Positions 10,184-20,088 are shown, counted from the stretch's first letter. The stretch: DNA of 64,000 nt from an uncultured bacterium (GCA_965372795.1 CBDVDR010000001.1:256001-320000); one strand, 5' to 3'. Notes: generated by a model not told the origin, from the sequence alone. Numbers and translations are program-made.

Positions 10184-10945
10184 TTAATCGTCTTTCCAGC
10201 CTTGATTTTCAAGAAGTTGGTCTTCGGGAACATCTCTAAAAACTTTTGCAGGCATCCCCGCAACAATCTTTTTAGATGGCACATCTTTAGTAACAACCGC
10301 CCCGGCAGCCACCAAGGCATCTTCGCCGATAACTTTTCCCGGTAAAATTGTTGCATTGACACCGATTCGGGCGCCTTTTTTAAAGATCACACCTTTGAAA
10401 TGTTTGAACCGTTCTTCGGTTCGCCCGATAAAATTATCATTTGAAGTTGCAACGCATGGTGCAACAAAAACCCGGTCTTCTATATCTGAATAAGCAGTTA
10501 TATATACATTGGTCTCAAGCTTTACATATTTGCCGATATTACAGAAATTTTCAATAGCCACGCCTCTGCCAACAATTGTATGACTTCCGATTGTAACATT
10601 TTCCCGTACCGTTGATAAATCAGCAATCAAAACTTTATTAGAAATTGAGCAACCGCGATAAATCACGACATTGGTTCCTATAATACAGTTGGCGTCAATT
10701 TTACAGGGCAGCAGTTCATCATCCTTGGTAACAGCTGAATTAGCCGCTTTCATCGGACGCTTGCCAACAACAGTGCCGTCATCAATGCGAACATTATCAC
10801 CAATAACAGTATGGTCATGAATCGCAACATTGTGACCGATCACACACCCTTTACCAATTATAACTTCCTCACCGATATATGTAAATTCACCAACCCTCGT
10901 TCCGGAGCCTATTTCAGCAGATGAATGAACTTTAGCAGTGGTCAT
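10184..10945 (-). CDS. Hexapeptide-repeat N-acetyltransferase (WbpD-like)
   Basis: Left-handed beta-helix repeats; IGVNATILPG...VAAGAVVTKDVP...VAGMPA. Confidence 0.85.
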   Translation of the reverse strand: MTTAKVHSSAEIGSGTRVGEFTYIGEEVIIGKGCVIGHNVAIHDHTVIGDNVRIDDGTVVGKRPMKAANSAVTKDDELLPCKIDANCIIGTNVVIYRGCSISNKVLIADLSTVRENVTIGSHTIVGRGVAIENFCNIGKYVKLETNVYITAYSDIEDRVFVAPCVATSNDNFIGRTEERFKHFKGVIFKKGARIGVNATILPGKVIGEDALVAAGAVVTKDVPSKKIVAGMPAKVFRDVPEDQLLENQGWKDD

Positions 10946-10964
10946 ATATAAAATACCTTTCTGA

Positions 10965-12146
10965 TCAATTACTTTTTTTCTTTATACCCGGAAGCCATCC
11001 AAAATAACTTCTAAAAAATAACATTGCCCGGTTATAATCTTCTTCACTTTTAAACTTCAGTTTGTCAAAATACTCAATTATTGCAGCCATGAGAATCGAA
11101 ATTAATAAACTCAATGCAAAAGTAATCACGACAATCAAAGTTCGTTTCGGCCGATACTTCAATTCCGGAACCTGGGCTCTTTGGAGCACCGAAAATTCCT
11201 GAAAACTTCCACTTTCCTGTATTTTTGCCTGTTCAAACTGCTGCATCAAAAGTCCGGATAATTCTTCTCCAACTCTGACTTTTGAATATAATTTATTGTA
11301 TTCATTTTTTAGGGATGGAATTTTATTTAAAGGAAGCGCAAAAAATGAATTGCCATCCTGACCGGTTTCAAGTTCGCTCAGCTGTTTTTTTAGAATGCTT
11401 TTTTGCTGTTTTAGTAACTTAACATCAACCTGAGAAACATTGGTCGTTTTTGCCAGAAGCAGATCAACCTCAGTCTTTGAAAGAGCCACCTTTATTTCTA
11501 TCGCCTGCTCTATTGCCATGCGTGTTTGTTCATCAAAATCAATAGTTTTATTTTTTAGCTGAAACTCTTCAAGAACCTTGCGTGACTTGCTTAAATCTTC
11601 ATCAACTTTTTTTAATCGGGCTTCAAAAAATATTCTTTTCTCTCTAGCCTTTACTGCAACCACCTGACGGCTAAGGCTGTCAAGACCATCTACAAAAGCA
11701 TTGGCAAGATCAGCAGCAACCTTAGGATCTCTATCCTCAACCTCAATCGACAACAAGCCTTCTTCGGTTTTAACAATGCTGGCATGAAACATCAAGGCTT
11801 CATAAGCTTGAGTATTGGTTTCCGTTTCATACCGTTCACGAAGTTTGTACCGCTTTATAATCGGATCAGTAATTCTGCGACTTTCAAGTATCCTGACAAA
11901 AACATCAGCCGTTGTGGAAAGCGAAACAAGATCAAGACCCGAGGCGCCATCGGACAGATTGATAACCGATGTCTGCTGTTCCTTGGGAGGCAAGACCAAA
12001 GCTGAAGACAAATACCATTTTGGTAATATTAATGAAACAACAATTGCTGTAAGAGTAAGTAGCGTAACAAACGAAAGAATAAATTTTTTCCGCTTGGCAA
12101 GCAGCTCTAAAAAAAGCCAAAGATTGTTAGATTGATCATCACTCAC
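10965..12146 (-). CDS. Wzz/GumC-like polysaccharide chain-length regulator
   Basis: N-terminal TM + LPKWY, coiled-coil middle, AQVPE...PKRTLIV + C-terminal TM. Confidence 0.85.
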   Translation of the reverse strand: MSDDQSNNLWLFLELLAKRKKFILSFVTLLTLTAIVVSLILPKWYLSSALVLPPKEQQTSVINLSDGASGLDLVSLSTTADVFVRILESRRITDPIIKRYKLRERYETETNTQAYEALMFHASIVKTEEGLLSIEVEDRDPKVAADLANAFVDGLDSLSRQVVAVKAREKRIFFEARLKKVDEDLSKSRKVLEEFQLKNKTIDFDEQTRMAIEQAIEIKVALSKTEVDLLLAKTTNVSQVDVKLLKQQKSILKKQLSELETGQDGNSFFALPLNKIPSLKNEYNKLYSKVRVGEELSGLLMQQFEQAKIQESGSFQEFSVLQRAQVPELKYRPKRTLIVVITFALSLLISILMAAIIEYFDKLKFKSEEDYNRAMLFFRSYFGWLPGIKKKSN

Positions 12147-12251
12147 AAATGTTCACCTGTTATCTTGAGTTAAAAGTCCCTTCCGTATCATAATACGGAA
12201 GAATAATATAACATATAAGTCCTGTTTTCCTTGAATATGTTTTAGACGGCA

Positions 12252-12280
12252 AGGATAGTGAAAAGATTTGCCTCTGTCAA
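12252..12280 (-). promoter_or_regulatory. sigma70-type promoter for the polysaccharide operon
   Basis: Minus strand TTGACA-N17-TATCCT. Confidence 0.6.
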
Positions 12281-12343
12281 CCTGTATAATATCTCCCAAA
12301 GGTTCGTTTTTTTGTACCTATTAACCATCTTTTTTGGTAATTT

Positions 12344-13471
12344 ATGATTATCGAAGACACTTTAGAAAGACGGCACGTGAAACTGTTACAACGAAAAAAT
12401 ATTATCTATCCGGCACTTATATGGTTAGTGATAATCATTGGGTATATTATTCTTTTTAATATCGGACAACAGAAATATTATAATCTGACTGATACCCTTA
12501 TCCAATGGGATGGAAAACATTACCTGTCAATAGCCAGAGATGGTTACGATGCCTACCCCTGTAAAAATAACAGTTCAATTTGCGGAAATGTTGGCTGGTT
12601 TCCGATGTATGCCTTAGCCTCGAAACCGGTTGGATATATTTTACAAAATTATTCCATCGGACTTATCGCCTGCAGTTGGATCTGTTTTCTGGCTTCGCTT
12701 CTGCTTCTGTTTGGCATGATCGAAAGGAAATATGACCAAAAAACCGCTCTATGGTCGCTTATCGCTTTAGCTGTTTTTCCCTCATCATTTTATTTTATAT
12801 CAGCCTTTCCATATTCTGTTTATCTCTTACTGGCTGTATCTATTTTTTATCTGCTTGAAAAAGAAAAATTCATCACGGTTATCTTTTTAACCGGACTATT
12901 AGCAGTAACTTACCCTTCAGGTTCAATTATTGGATTTGTCCTGCTTTATACTTTAATAAAAAACTGGAGCCGATACAACTCTGTCCAAAAGGGACAATTA
13001 TTTTCAAGTATGGCTGCGATTGGAATCGCAATCGGGCTATACTTCGCCTTTTATTGGATTAAGTTTGATAATTTCACCATGTATCTTGACTTCCAATCTC
13101 AACCTCAATTTGCCCATAGAATGCGATTCCCGCTGATGACAATTATTGAATCTTTCAGATTTATAGATATCAGCCACCCTGTTAATATTTCCCTGATATT
13201 CACTACTATAATAGTTTTGATATTTTATAACAAAAAGACTCCTATTAACTGGCAAATTTATATGTTTGCAATTCTTCTGTTCACTCCTACGATGGGAACT
13301 ATCGCCTGCTACTACCGTCACATAATCGTAGCTTTCCCATTATTCATTATGATTGGCAGAGCGTATTCCGGGATATATGGTAAATACCTGATGGGGCTAT
13401 ATATCGTTTCAGCCCTGATTATTAACTGGATATTCTATATCGAATTCTTTAAAAAAGGGCTTTTGATGTAG
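12344..13471 (+). CDS. GT-C fold mannosyltransferase-like (PIG-V/GT76-like) membrane protein
   Basis: WDGKHYLSIARDGY...GWFPMY, FPSSFYF; many TM segments; start could be the GTG near 12377. Confidence 0.7.
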   Translation: MIIEDTLERRHVKLLQRKNIIYPALIWLVIIIGYIILFNIGQQKYYNLTDTLIQWDGKHYLSIARDGYDAYPCKNNSSICGNVGWFPMYALASKPVGYILQNYSIGLIACSWICFLASLLLLFGMIERKYDQKTALWSLIALAVFPSSFYFISAFPYSVYLLLAVSIFYLLEKEKFITVIFLTGLLAVTYPSGSIIGFVLLYTLIKNWSRYNSVQKGQLFSSMAAIGIAIGLYFAFYWIKFDNFTMYLDFQSQPQFAHRMRFPLMTIIESFRFIDISHPVNISLIFTTIIVLIFYNKKTPINWQIYMFAILLFTPTMGTIACYYRHIIVAFPLFIMIGRAYSGIYGKYLMGLYIVSALIINWIFYIEFFKKGLLM

Positions 13472-13472
13472 T

Positions 13473-13955
13473 TTATTGTACTGCTTTCAAATCAAACTCA
13501 TAGTAAAGAGTATCTTCAGTATCCAAGCCCACATCTATCACTCTCAAAGTGTCCATAAAAATCGAGCTGTCGGTAAAAACTGCGTTAAAGGTTCCGGTTG
13601 GTAGTCGTTTCTCATCACAGTTTGTACCGGTTGTACCTTTGGTAATTAACTGAATAAATCCGGTCATCGAATTTATAATAATCTCACCCTGCGAATTACA
13701 AAGATTTGATGGATTTGTATTATGAATCAGAACAAAGGCATCGTCATCAATTACTAATGATACTGAATCTATAAGAGTAACCGGAAAATTTGAATGCGGG
13801 AGTGCATAACTTTTTGTAAAAGTTAATGTACCTGTGTAAAGATCAGCTATTTCAACCGGGATATAATTATTATCAACCGGATTATCATCTTTAGAACAGC
13901 CTAAAATAATAGACATCGAAATTAATAAAAGTAAGATTACAACTTTCTTATTCAT
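13473..13955 (-). CDS. Lipoprotein, unknown function
   Basis: Signal peptide with lipobox IILGC-SKDD. Confidence 0.7.
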   Translation of the reverse strand: MNKKVVILLLLISMSIILGCSKDDNPVDNNYIPVEIADLYTGTLTFTKSYALPHSNFPVTLIDSVSLVIDDDAFVLIHNTNPSNLCNSQGEIIINSMTGFIQLITKGTTGTNCDEKRLPTGTFNAVFTDSSIFMDTLRVIDVGLDTEDTLYYEFDLKAVQ

Positions 13956-14030
13956 AAAGAAACCACTCCTGTTATTTGTTTCTCACTAACCAACGAAATT
14001 ACCATTATTTCGTCAAATTTTTTAAAATTA

Positions 14031-15686
14031 TTATTTTGACTCGGCAATTTCTGAAATAGCGTTCATCGTTTCGTTATGTCGATACTCAACCGCAGCTTTT
14101 ACAAAATCCCTGAAAAGCGGATGAGGTTTCGTTGGACGTGATTTTAACTCCGGATGAAATTGTACTCCGACAAACCAAGGATGGTCGGTTATTTCAATTA
14201 TTTCGACTAAACGCTCATCAGGTGATAATCCTGATAATGTCAGCCCGTTCTCAGTTAGTGTTTCACGATAGACATTATTTAATTCATAGCGATGACGATG
14301 TCTTTCTGAAACTTCATCGGTTCCGTAAGACTCGAATGCTTTCGTCCCATTTTTCAGTTTACATTTGTATGCTCCAAGTCTCATTGTTCCGCCTAATTCG
14401 GTCACCCCTTCTTGATCAGCCATCAAATGAATTACCGGATGTTTCAATTCCCGATAAAATTCAAAACTGTGAGCATCTGGTAAATCACAAACTGAACGGG
14501 CATACTCAATCACAGCACATTGCATCCCAAGACATATTCCTAAAAATGGGATTTTGTTTTCCCTCACAAATTTGATCGCTTCAATTTTCCCTTCTACACC
14601 CCGCTCCCCAAAACCACCGGGAATTAGCAAACCATCAACATCCTTCAGGAACTTTTCAGCGCCATTATGTTTAATATCTTCTGAACTGACCCAAATCAGT
14701 TTTACTTCGGCATCATTGTAAACTCCGGCATGAATAAACGACTCAATAATTGATTTGTAGGCATCCTTAAGCATCACATATTTCCCACAAATCCCGATTT
14801 TGATCTGCCTTTTGGGATTGTTAATCTTAGCCACCATCGTTGCCCAATCATCCAAGTCTGCCTTTGGTAAATCCCAGCCAAAATGTTCACAAATTATATT
14901 ATCAACCTGTTGTTCCTGAAATTTAACCGGAACATCATAAATAGTTAAAACATCTTCAGCAGCGATAACATTTTTGGTCGGCACTGAACAGAAAAGAGAA
15001 ATCTTCTGGCGCAACTCGTCACTAATCCTTTGAGCCGAGCGGCATAACAGCATATTCGCCTGAATTCCAATTTGTCGCAGTTCCTTAACTGAATGCTGTG
15101 TTGGTTTGGTTTTAAATTCTCCGGCTGTTGGAATATATGGAACCAGTGTGACATGGATAAACATTGTGTTTTCCACTCCCTCTTCCTGACCCATCTGTCG
15201 AATTGCTTCCAAAAACGGCAATGATTCAATATCACCAACGGTCCCGCCGATTTCCGATATTATAACATCCGGCTCATCATCAACCCTCGCTTGCTTTTTT
15301 ATACAATTTTTAATCTCTTCTGTCACATGGGGAATCACCTGTACTGTTGCTCCAAGATAGTCGCCGCGTCTTTCACGAGTAATAATCGTATTATAAATCT
15401 GTCCCGTTGTAACATTGTTGATCTTTGTCAAAGATTGATCCAAAAATCTCTCATAATGACCCAAATCAAGATCCGTCTCAGAACCATCATCAAGAACAAA
15501 TACTTCGCCATGCTGATAGGGATTCATCGTCCCCGGATCGACATTCAAATAAGGATCAAATTTAACATTAGTTACTTTCAAACCTCTTTTTTGAAGTAAT
15601 AACCCTATCGAAGATGCTGCGATTCCCTTACCAAGGGAAGAAACAACTCCCCCGGTAACAAAAATGTATTTAGTCTTTTTACTCAT
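14031..15686 (-). CDS. pyrG: CTP synthase
   Basis: FVTGGVVSSLGKG, KTKPTQHSV, PGGFGERG, GICLGMQ, ERHRHRYE, QFHPE. Confidence 0.98.
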   Translation of the reverse strand: MSKKTKYIFVTGGVVSSLGKGIAASSIGLLLQKRGLKVTNVKFDPYLNVDPGTMNPYQHGEVFVLDDGSETDLDLGHYERFLDQSLTKINNVTTGQIYNTIITRERRGDYLGATVQVIPHVTEEIKNCIKKQARVDDEPDVIISEIGGTVGDIESLPFLEAIRQMGQEEGVENTMFIHVTLVPYIPTAGEFKTKPTQHSVKELRQIGIQANMLLCRSAQRISDELRQKISLFCSVPTKNVIAAEDVLTIYDVPVKFQEQQVDNIICEHFGWDLPKADLDDWATMVAKINNPKRQIKIGICGKYVMLKDAYKSIIESFIHAGVYNDAEVKLIWVSSEDIKHNGAEKFLKDVDGLLIPGGFGERGVEGKIEAIKFVRENKIPFLGICLGMQCAVIEYARSVCDLPDAHSFEFYRELKHPVIHLMADQEGVTELGGTMRLGAYKCKLKNGTKAFESYGTDEVSERHRHRYELNNVYRETLTENGLTLSGLSPDERLVEIIEITDHPWFVGVQFHPELKSRPTKPHPLFRDFVKAAVEYRHNETMNAISEIAESK

Positions 15687-15694
15687 TTAAACCT

Positions 15695-16432
15695 CTATAT
15701 TTTATTTATTTTTTTCAAATCCTGCACGGTATCAATTGAAACCGTTTCCATCCTGGTCTTATATAATTTTAATACGTTTCCATTTTCAATAATGCGAAGC
15801 TGTTCCAGTGATTCTGCTTTCTCATTTTCAGACTGTCCCCATTTGGCAAATTTCAATATCCCCGCACGGGTGAAAAAGTAAATTCCGATATGACTGTAAA
15901 ACTTATGCTGATCGGTTCGGTTTCCGGTACTATAATTCTGTAAATATGGTAATGGGTATCTTGAAAACCAGATCGCCTCAGCTTTTTCGTTACCTACTAC
16001 TTTCACTGTATTCGGATTGAATAATTGATCTTCATCTTTTATCTGCTTAATCAATGTCCCATAATCCGACTTCTTATCGTTGCAAAACTGATCAATATAA
16101 CGATCAAGCACTTTTGCCTTAATTCCAAAATTATCTGCCTGTACATTAAGATAACAATCAGCCTTTACCTTCTTTGCAACTTCGGCTAATCTGTCAGAAC
16201 CGGTTTTGTGTCGCCTGGATGTTACGACAACCTCGGCTCCAAATTCTTCGGCTGTACTTTTGATTTTTTTGTCATCAGTAGCAATAATTACCCGGTCAAT
16301 CTGGTTACTTTTGGAAAGCGATTTCCAGACATAATAAAGAAGAGGTTTGCCCTGAAACAAATGAAGAACTTTGCCCTCAAACCGTTTTGAGCCTAACCTC
16401 GCCGGAACTACAGCAACAATTTTCCTTTTCAT
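15695..16432 (-). CDS. kdsB: CMP-KDO synthetase (3-deoxy-manno-octulosonate cytidylyltransferase)
   Basis: PARLGSKRF, TGSDR, PNTVKVV, FSR, HIGIY, ESLEQLR; directly upstream of pyrG. Confidence 0.88.
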   Translation of the reverse strand: MKRKIVAVVPARLGSKRFEGKVLHLFQGKPLLYYVWKSLSKSNQIDRVIIATDDKKIKSTAEEFGAEVVVTSRRHKTGSDRLAEVAKKVKADCYLNVQADNFGIKAKVLDRYIDQFCNDKKSDYGTLIKQIKDEDQLFNPNTVKVVGNEKAEAIWFSRYPLPYLQNYSTGNRTDQHKFYSHIGIYFFTRAGILKFAKWGQSENEKAESLEQLRIIENGNVLKLYKTRMETVSIDTVQDLKKINKI

Positions 16433-16619
16433 AATTGAACAACTCTCAATAATAATCCAAAATCTGTTTCTGAAACAGAGTTTATCGTAGGTAAAGGTTT
16501 GGAATTATTACAGTTAACACCACTTTTAGGGGGTAGTTGTACTTGATTATGATGGGATAATTGAAATCCGGTAAGCTTTGCTATCAGACCAACCTGTAGC
16601 TTTTTGTGCCGCATAAGCT

Positions 16620-16648
16620 ATAATATGTACACCCCTTAACTCTGTCAA
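16620..16648 (-). promoter_or_regulatory. sigma70-type promoter for kdsB-pyrG
   Basis: Minus strand TTGACA-N17-TATTAT. Confidence 0.6.
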
Positions 16649-16706
16649 GAAAAATTGACTTTTCCAACTCGGGAATCCCAATTCACCGGGAATCTCAATT
16701 GATTTC

Positions 16707-16733
16707 TAAAGCTATATACAGTACTGCCGATAT
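16707..16733 (+). promoter_or_regulatory. sigma28 (FliA/SigD)-type promoter
   Basis: TAAA-N15-GCCGATAT, 38 bp upstream of ATG 16772 (RBS GGAG). Confidence 0.65.
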
Positions 16734-16771
16734 ATTTCTTAGACGTCCCAAATTGAAACAATGGAGAATAA

Positions 16772-18145
16772 ATGACTGTTAAACAGTTCCAATATGAACC
16801 AGAGCAATCCGAAATTGCTTCTTCACATCCCAAAAACAACCGGTTTCCAATTGAAACAAAACACCTCAAAGAAAACACTTCATTTATTGAACCGATGTTA
16901 TTTGGGCTGTTGGTGAGAGGTTGGTTAAGTGATCGATCCAAAGAATTTATAGATCGCTTGGCTCCTGAGAATTCTATCTCTTTTATTATTTCCGGAGATA
17001 AATATCTCGCCCCGGAGGATGTTACCCTTTTCCCGCATGAGTTGATTGAAACTGCGATCAATGAAAACACTTCGGCTGTATTTTCACACATCTTCAGACC
17101 ACGATCCAATTTTACTCATAATTACATGATTACAACTGCTACCATAAATCCCGGTGACAAACATCCCGTTGTTTTTGGTATTTTAGGTCCCGACGATGTT
17201 CTTTCCAATCCTTTGCAACAGGAAAGATTCCAGGGATATGTTGCAAAATTCCGTACAGCTTACCAATCCGCAAAAAAAATGGCTGAAAAATTGGATGAAC
17301 ATATCAATTCAACCAAACCTACAATACTGGTTAACCGTAGTTCCGGTCGGGTTCTTTATGTAAACTCTTCCCTTGAACAAATAGTTAGCATGAATTTACG
17401 TGAATTGGTACATCTTGAGTTCAACCAGATTAAAGAGCTCTTCCCCGATCCGACTCTTTTTGGCAAACTAATTCTACAAAACTATTCCTCAGATAATTTT
17501 CAAATTTCTGTGATGTCATTTAACAAAGAAACTCTTAAATCACCTTCCCCAAATAGCCCAACCAGATTTCTGCTTGATAAAATATCCATGGGAGTTTCAA
17601 ATATTTCCAAAACGGGTTTCATCCTTGAGAAAAACCTGTCGGAGTTTGATAATGAATCAACAAATCACCTGGCAGCCGCAATTAACAATCAGACAAAAAA
17701 TCTTCAACCGGTTATTCAAATGCTCGATGACATCATCGAACGTAAACCTTCGCAAAAAAGAATCAATCTTTTGTATGAACTTGACAAAGCTATTCAGCAA
17801 AAAGGCGATGATTATGCTATCCAACTCCATTCAAAAGTAAACAACTTATATCTTAAGGCAGACCTGACTGCGTATAGAATTATTTTTTCAGCGGTCCTGA
17901 ATTCACATCTTAAAGGGAAAGAAACCCCCTCATCAACGACTATCACGGTTGATAAAACAAATTTCCTAAGTGAATTTAATATCCATTTCAATTCCTCGTT
18001 TAAAGAAGTCAATGATGGTCTGGAATTATCAGACTGGAATGAATTTGCACATCAGATATGTCGAGAAAATAAAGTGATTTTAAAAAATATGATTAATAAA
18101 AAAACAAATAAACTTGTCACCACCCTAACAATTAAGACTGATTGA
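16772..18145 (+). CDS. Hypothetical protein; probable degenerate PAS-containing histidine-kinase-like protein
   Basis: PAS-like TILVNRSSGRVLYVNSSLEQI; HisKA/HATPase-like layout without H, N or G boxes; overlaps next gene by 4 bp. Confidence 0.55.
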   Translation: MTVKQFQYEPEQSEIASSHPKNNRFPIETKHLKENTSFIEPMLFGLLVRGWLSDRSKEFIDRLAPENSISFIISGDKYLAPEDVTLFPHELIETAINENTSAVFSHIFRPRSNFTHNYMITTATINPGDKHPVVFGILGPDDVLSNPLQQERFQGYVAKFRTAYQSAKKMAEKLDEHINSTKPTILVNRSSGRVLYVNSSLEQIVSMNLRELVHLEFNQIKELFPDPTLFGKLILQNYSSDNFQISVMSFNKETLKSPSPNSPTRFLLDKISMGVSNISKTGFILEKNLSEFDNESTNHLAAAINNQTKNLQPVIQMLDDIIERKPSQKRINLLYELDKAIQQKGDDYAIQLHSKVNNLYLKADLTAYRIIFSAVLNSHLKGKETPSSTTITVDKTNFLSEFNIHFNSSFKEVNDGLELSDWNEFAHQICRENKVILKNMINKKTNKLVTTLTIKTD

Positions 18146-19599
18146 AAGAAAATATGCTCTTAGATACAACCACAAAAACCACATCTATATTAATAGTTGA
18201 AAATCCAGCCGACCAAAATACCAGCATCCTTGCTCAACTGCGTGGCTCTGATTACCGCTTGATGAGAACTGACTCAATGGAGTCGGTTGTAAGTGTGCTG
18301 GAAAATGAAGAAGTTGAAATGTTAATCTGCAATCTTTCAAACTTTGATGAAAATAGCTGGTCAACTCTTGACCGCGCCAAAAGAAAACACCCTCTGGTAG
18401 ATTTTATCATTATTTCTGAAAATTCAATTGAATGGGATAAGAATAGCCGGTTAAATGAAGAAGGCGAATTTTTAAGCTCTCCAATTTCAACAAATCAGCT
18501 GTTGGCTACAATTAAAAGAATCGCACGACATCAAAATGTCAGAATGGAATTATTAAATCTTAGAGGCAGAATGGCAATGTCTTATGGGTTTGATAATATT
18601 ATTGGCATCTCCAAACCGATTTCTGACCTTAAAGAAACAGTAAACAAAATTTCACCTACGGATATAAATGTTTATCTCATTGGTGAATCAGGTACCGGTA
18701 AAAAACAACTGGCGCATACAATTCATTATCATTCAAAACGTAGAATGAACTCCTTTGTAATGGTCGATTGCTCGATTATACCGGAATACCTGCATGAAAA
18801 TGAAATATTCGGAACTTATTCCGTAGCCAATCAACTGGCTAACTCAAATAGACTGAATCTAACATCGTCAAATATTAATTCTCCCTTTCAACAATCAGCT
18901 CTTGAAAAAGCTAACGGTGGAACTCTTTTTATAAATGAAATCCACCGCCTCACCCTTCCCTGCCAGGGAAAACTTATAAAATTCCTCCAGACATTTGAAA
19001 TTACCGGGTCCACCCACCAAACTTCATTCAAAGCCGATATTAGAGTAATTGCATCAACCGGAACTGATATTGAAAGTTTAGTTGAGCAGGGATTGTTTTT
19101 AAAAGAGTTACACTACTTATGCAATGTTTTTCCAATTGAAATGCCAACCCTTTCTGAGTGCAGTGAAGATATTGAACTTCTGGTAGATTATTTTCTGCGA
19201 AGAATCTCATTTGAAATGCAAACCGGTTCTGTGACAATCTCAAGACGGGCAATGGAAAAACTTCATAATTATAACTGGCCCGGAAATGTCAGAGAACTTG
19301 AAAATACCCTCCAGCGCTCTGCCGCTCTTTGCCGGGAGAACTTAATTGAAGCTGAGGATATCCGATTTATTTCATCCTCGTTCACTAAACCCAAAAGACT
19401 AAAAGCTAATAATGAAACTAAAACGATAAGTAAAACATCGTTAGCTGATAATCAAAAAACCATTATCAAGAAAGTTCTCGAAGAGAATCAATGGAATTTC
19501 ACTCAATCAGCCCAGGAATTAGGCATTGGACGAACCACGCTCTGGCGCAAAGTAAAAAAATACCAATTAAAGCGTCCGCCGGAAACCACTGAGGAATAA
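18142..19599 (+). CDS. NtrC/Fis-family regulator (receiver-AAA+-HTH) with degenerate motifs
   Basis: GESGTGK, ENEIFG, GGTLFINEI, WPGNVRELEN, Fis HTH AQELGIGRTTLWRK; no GAFTGA. Confidence 0.85.
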   Translation: MKENMLLDTTTKTTSILIVENPADQNTSILAQLRGSDYRLMRTDSMESVVSVLENEEVEMLICNLSNFDENSWSTLDRAKRKHPLVDFIIISENSIEWDKNSRLNEEGEFLSSPISTNQLLATIKRIARHQNVRMELLNLRGRMAMSYGFDNIIGISKPISDLKETVNKISPTDINVYLIGESGTGKKQLAHTIHYHSKRRMNSFVMVDCSIIPEYLHENEIFGTYSVANQLANSNRLNLTSSNINSPFQQSALEKANGGTLFINEIHRLTLPCQGKLIKFLQTFEITGSTHQTSFKADIRVIASTGTDIESLVEQGLFLKELHYLCNVFPIEMPTLSECSEDIELLVDYFLRRISFEMQTGSVTISRRAMEKLHNYNWPGNVRELENTLQRSAALCRENLIEAEDIRFISSSFTKPKRLKANNETKTISKTSLADNQKTIIKKVLEENQWNFTQSAQELGIGRTTLWRKVKKYQLKRPPETTEE

Positions 19600-19647
19600 T
19601 TACGTATAAATAATTAAGAAGACTGACTTTAATGAAGGACTAACAAA

Positions 19648-20088
19648 TTGACTGAGTTATTTGCAACTTACCTTGAAGCTATAAAAGAAAAACTCGATTT
19701 TGATAAATGTGTATTGATTGTTCGAAAAAACGGGAATCTGGCTGCAATCGCCACCTGGGATAACAATATTTTCCATGAAGGCTTATCAATCTCACTTCCC
19801 AATGATAATTCATTTTTCCAAAATATCGTAAATAGTAAAAAAAACTATATCAGCAATGATTGCTCAACTTTTGAAGGAAACTTCTTTGAAAGAAAACTTT
19901 TACTAAACGATAATTCACAATCCTGTATGATTCAACTTCTGGATTCTGATAATGAAGTTGTTGGCTTGATCGGCTACAGTTCATCATGCAAAAATGCCTT
20001 TGATAATGATTCTATAAATTATGTTCTGAGCCTTGGTAATGAATTTATTCAAAAAGTAGAAACCATGCTCGAAAAGACTGCGGTATAA
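19648..20088 (+). CDS. Small GAF-like domain protein
   Basis: Pattern DKCVLIV...SCMIQLL...EVVGLIGYSS...AF resembles a GAF fold; RBS AAGGA, TTG start. Confidence 0.5.
   Translation: MTELFATYLEAIKEKLDFDKCVLIVRKNGNLAAIATWDNNIFHEGLSISLPNDNSFFQNIVNSKKNYISNDCSTFEGNFFERKLLLNDNSQSCMIQLLDSDNEVVGLIGYSSSCKNAFDNDSINYVLSLGNEFIQKVETMLEKTAV

Noticed and set aside
16429..17109. Minus-strand ORFs 16429-16614 and 16645-17109
   Set aside because: The second is antisense to the 457-aa ORF and spans its promoter; the first lies in the kdsB leader with no motif support, though a leader peptide cannot be fully excluded
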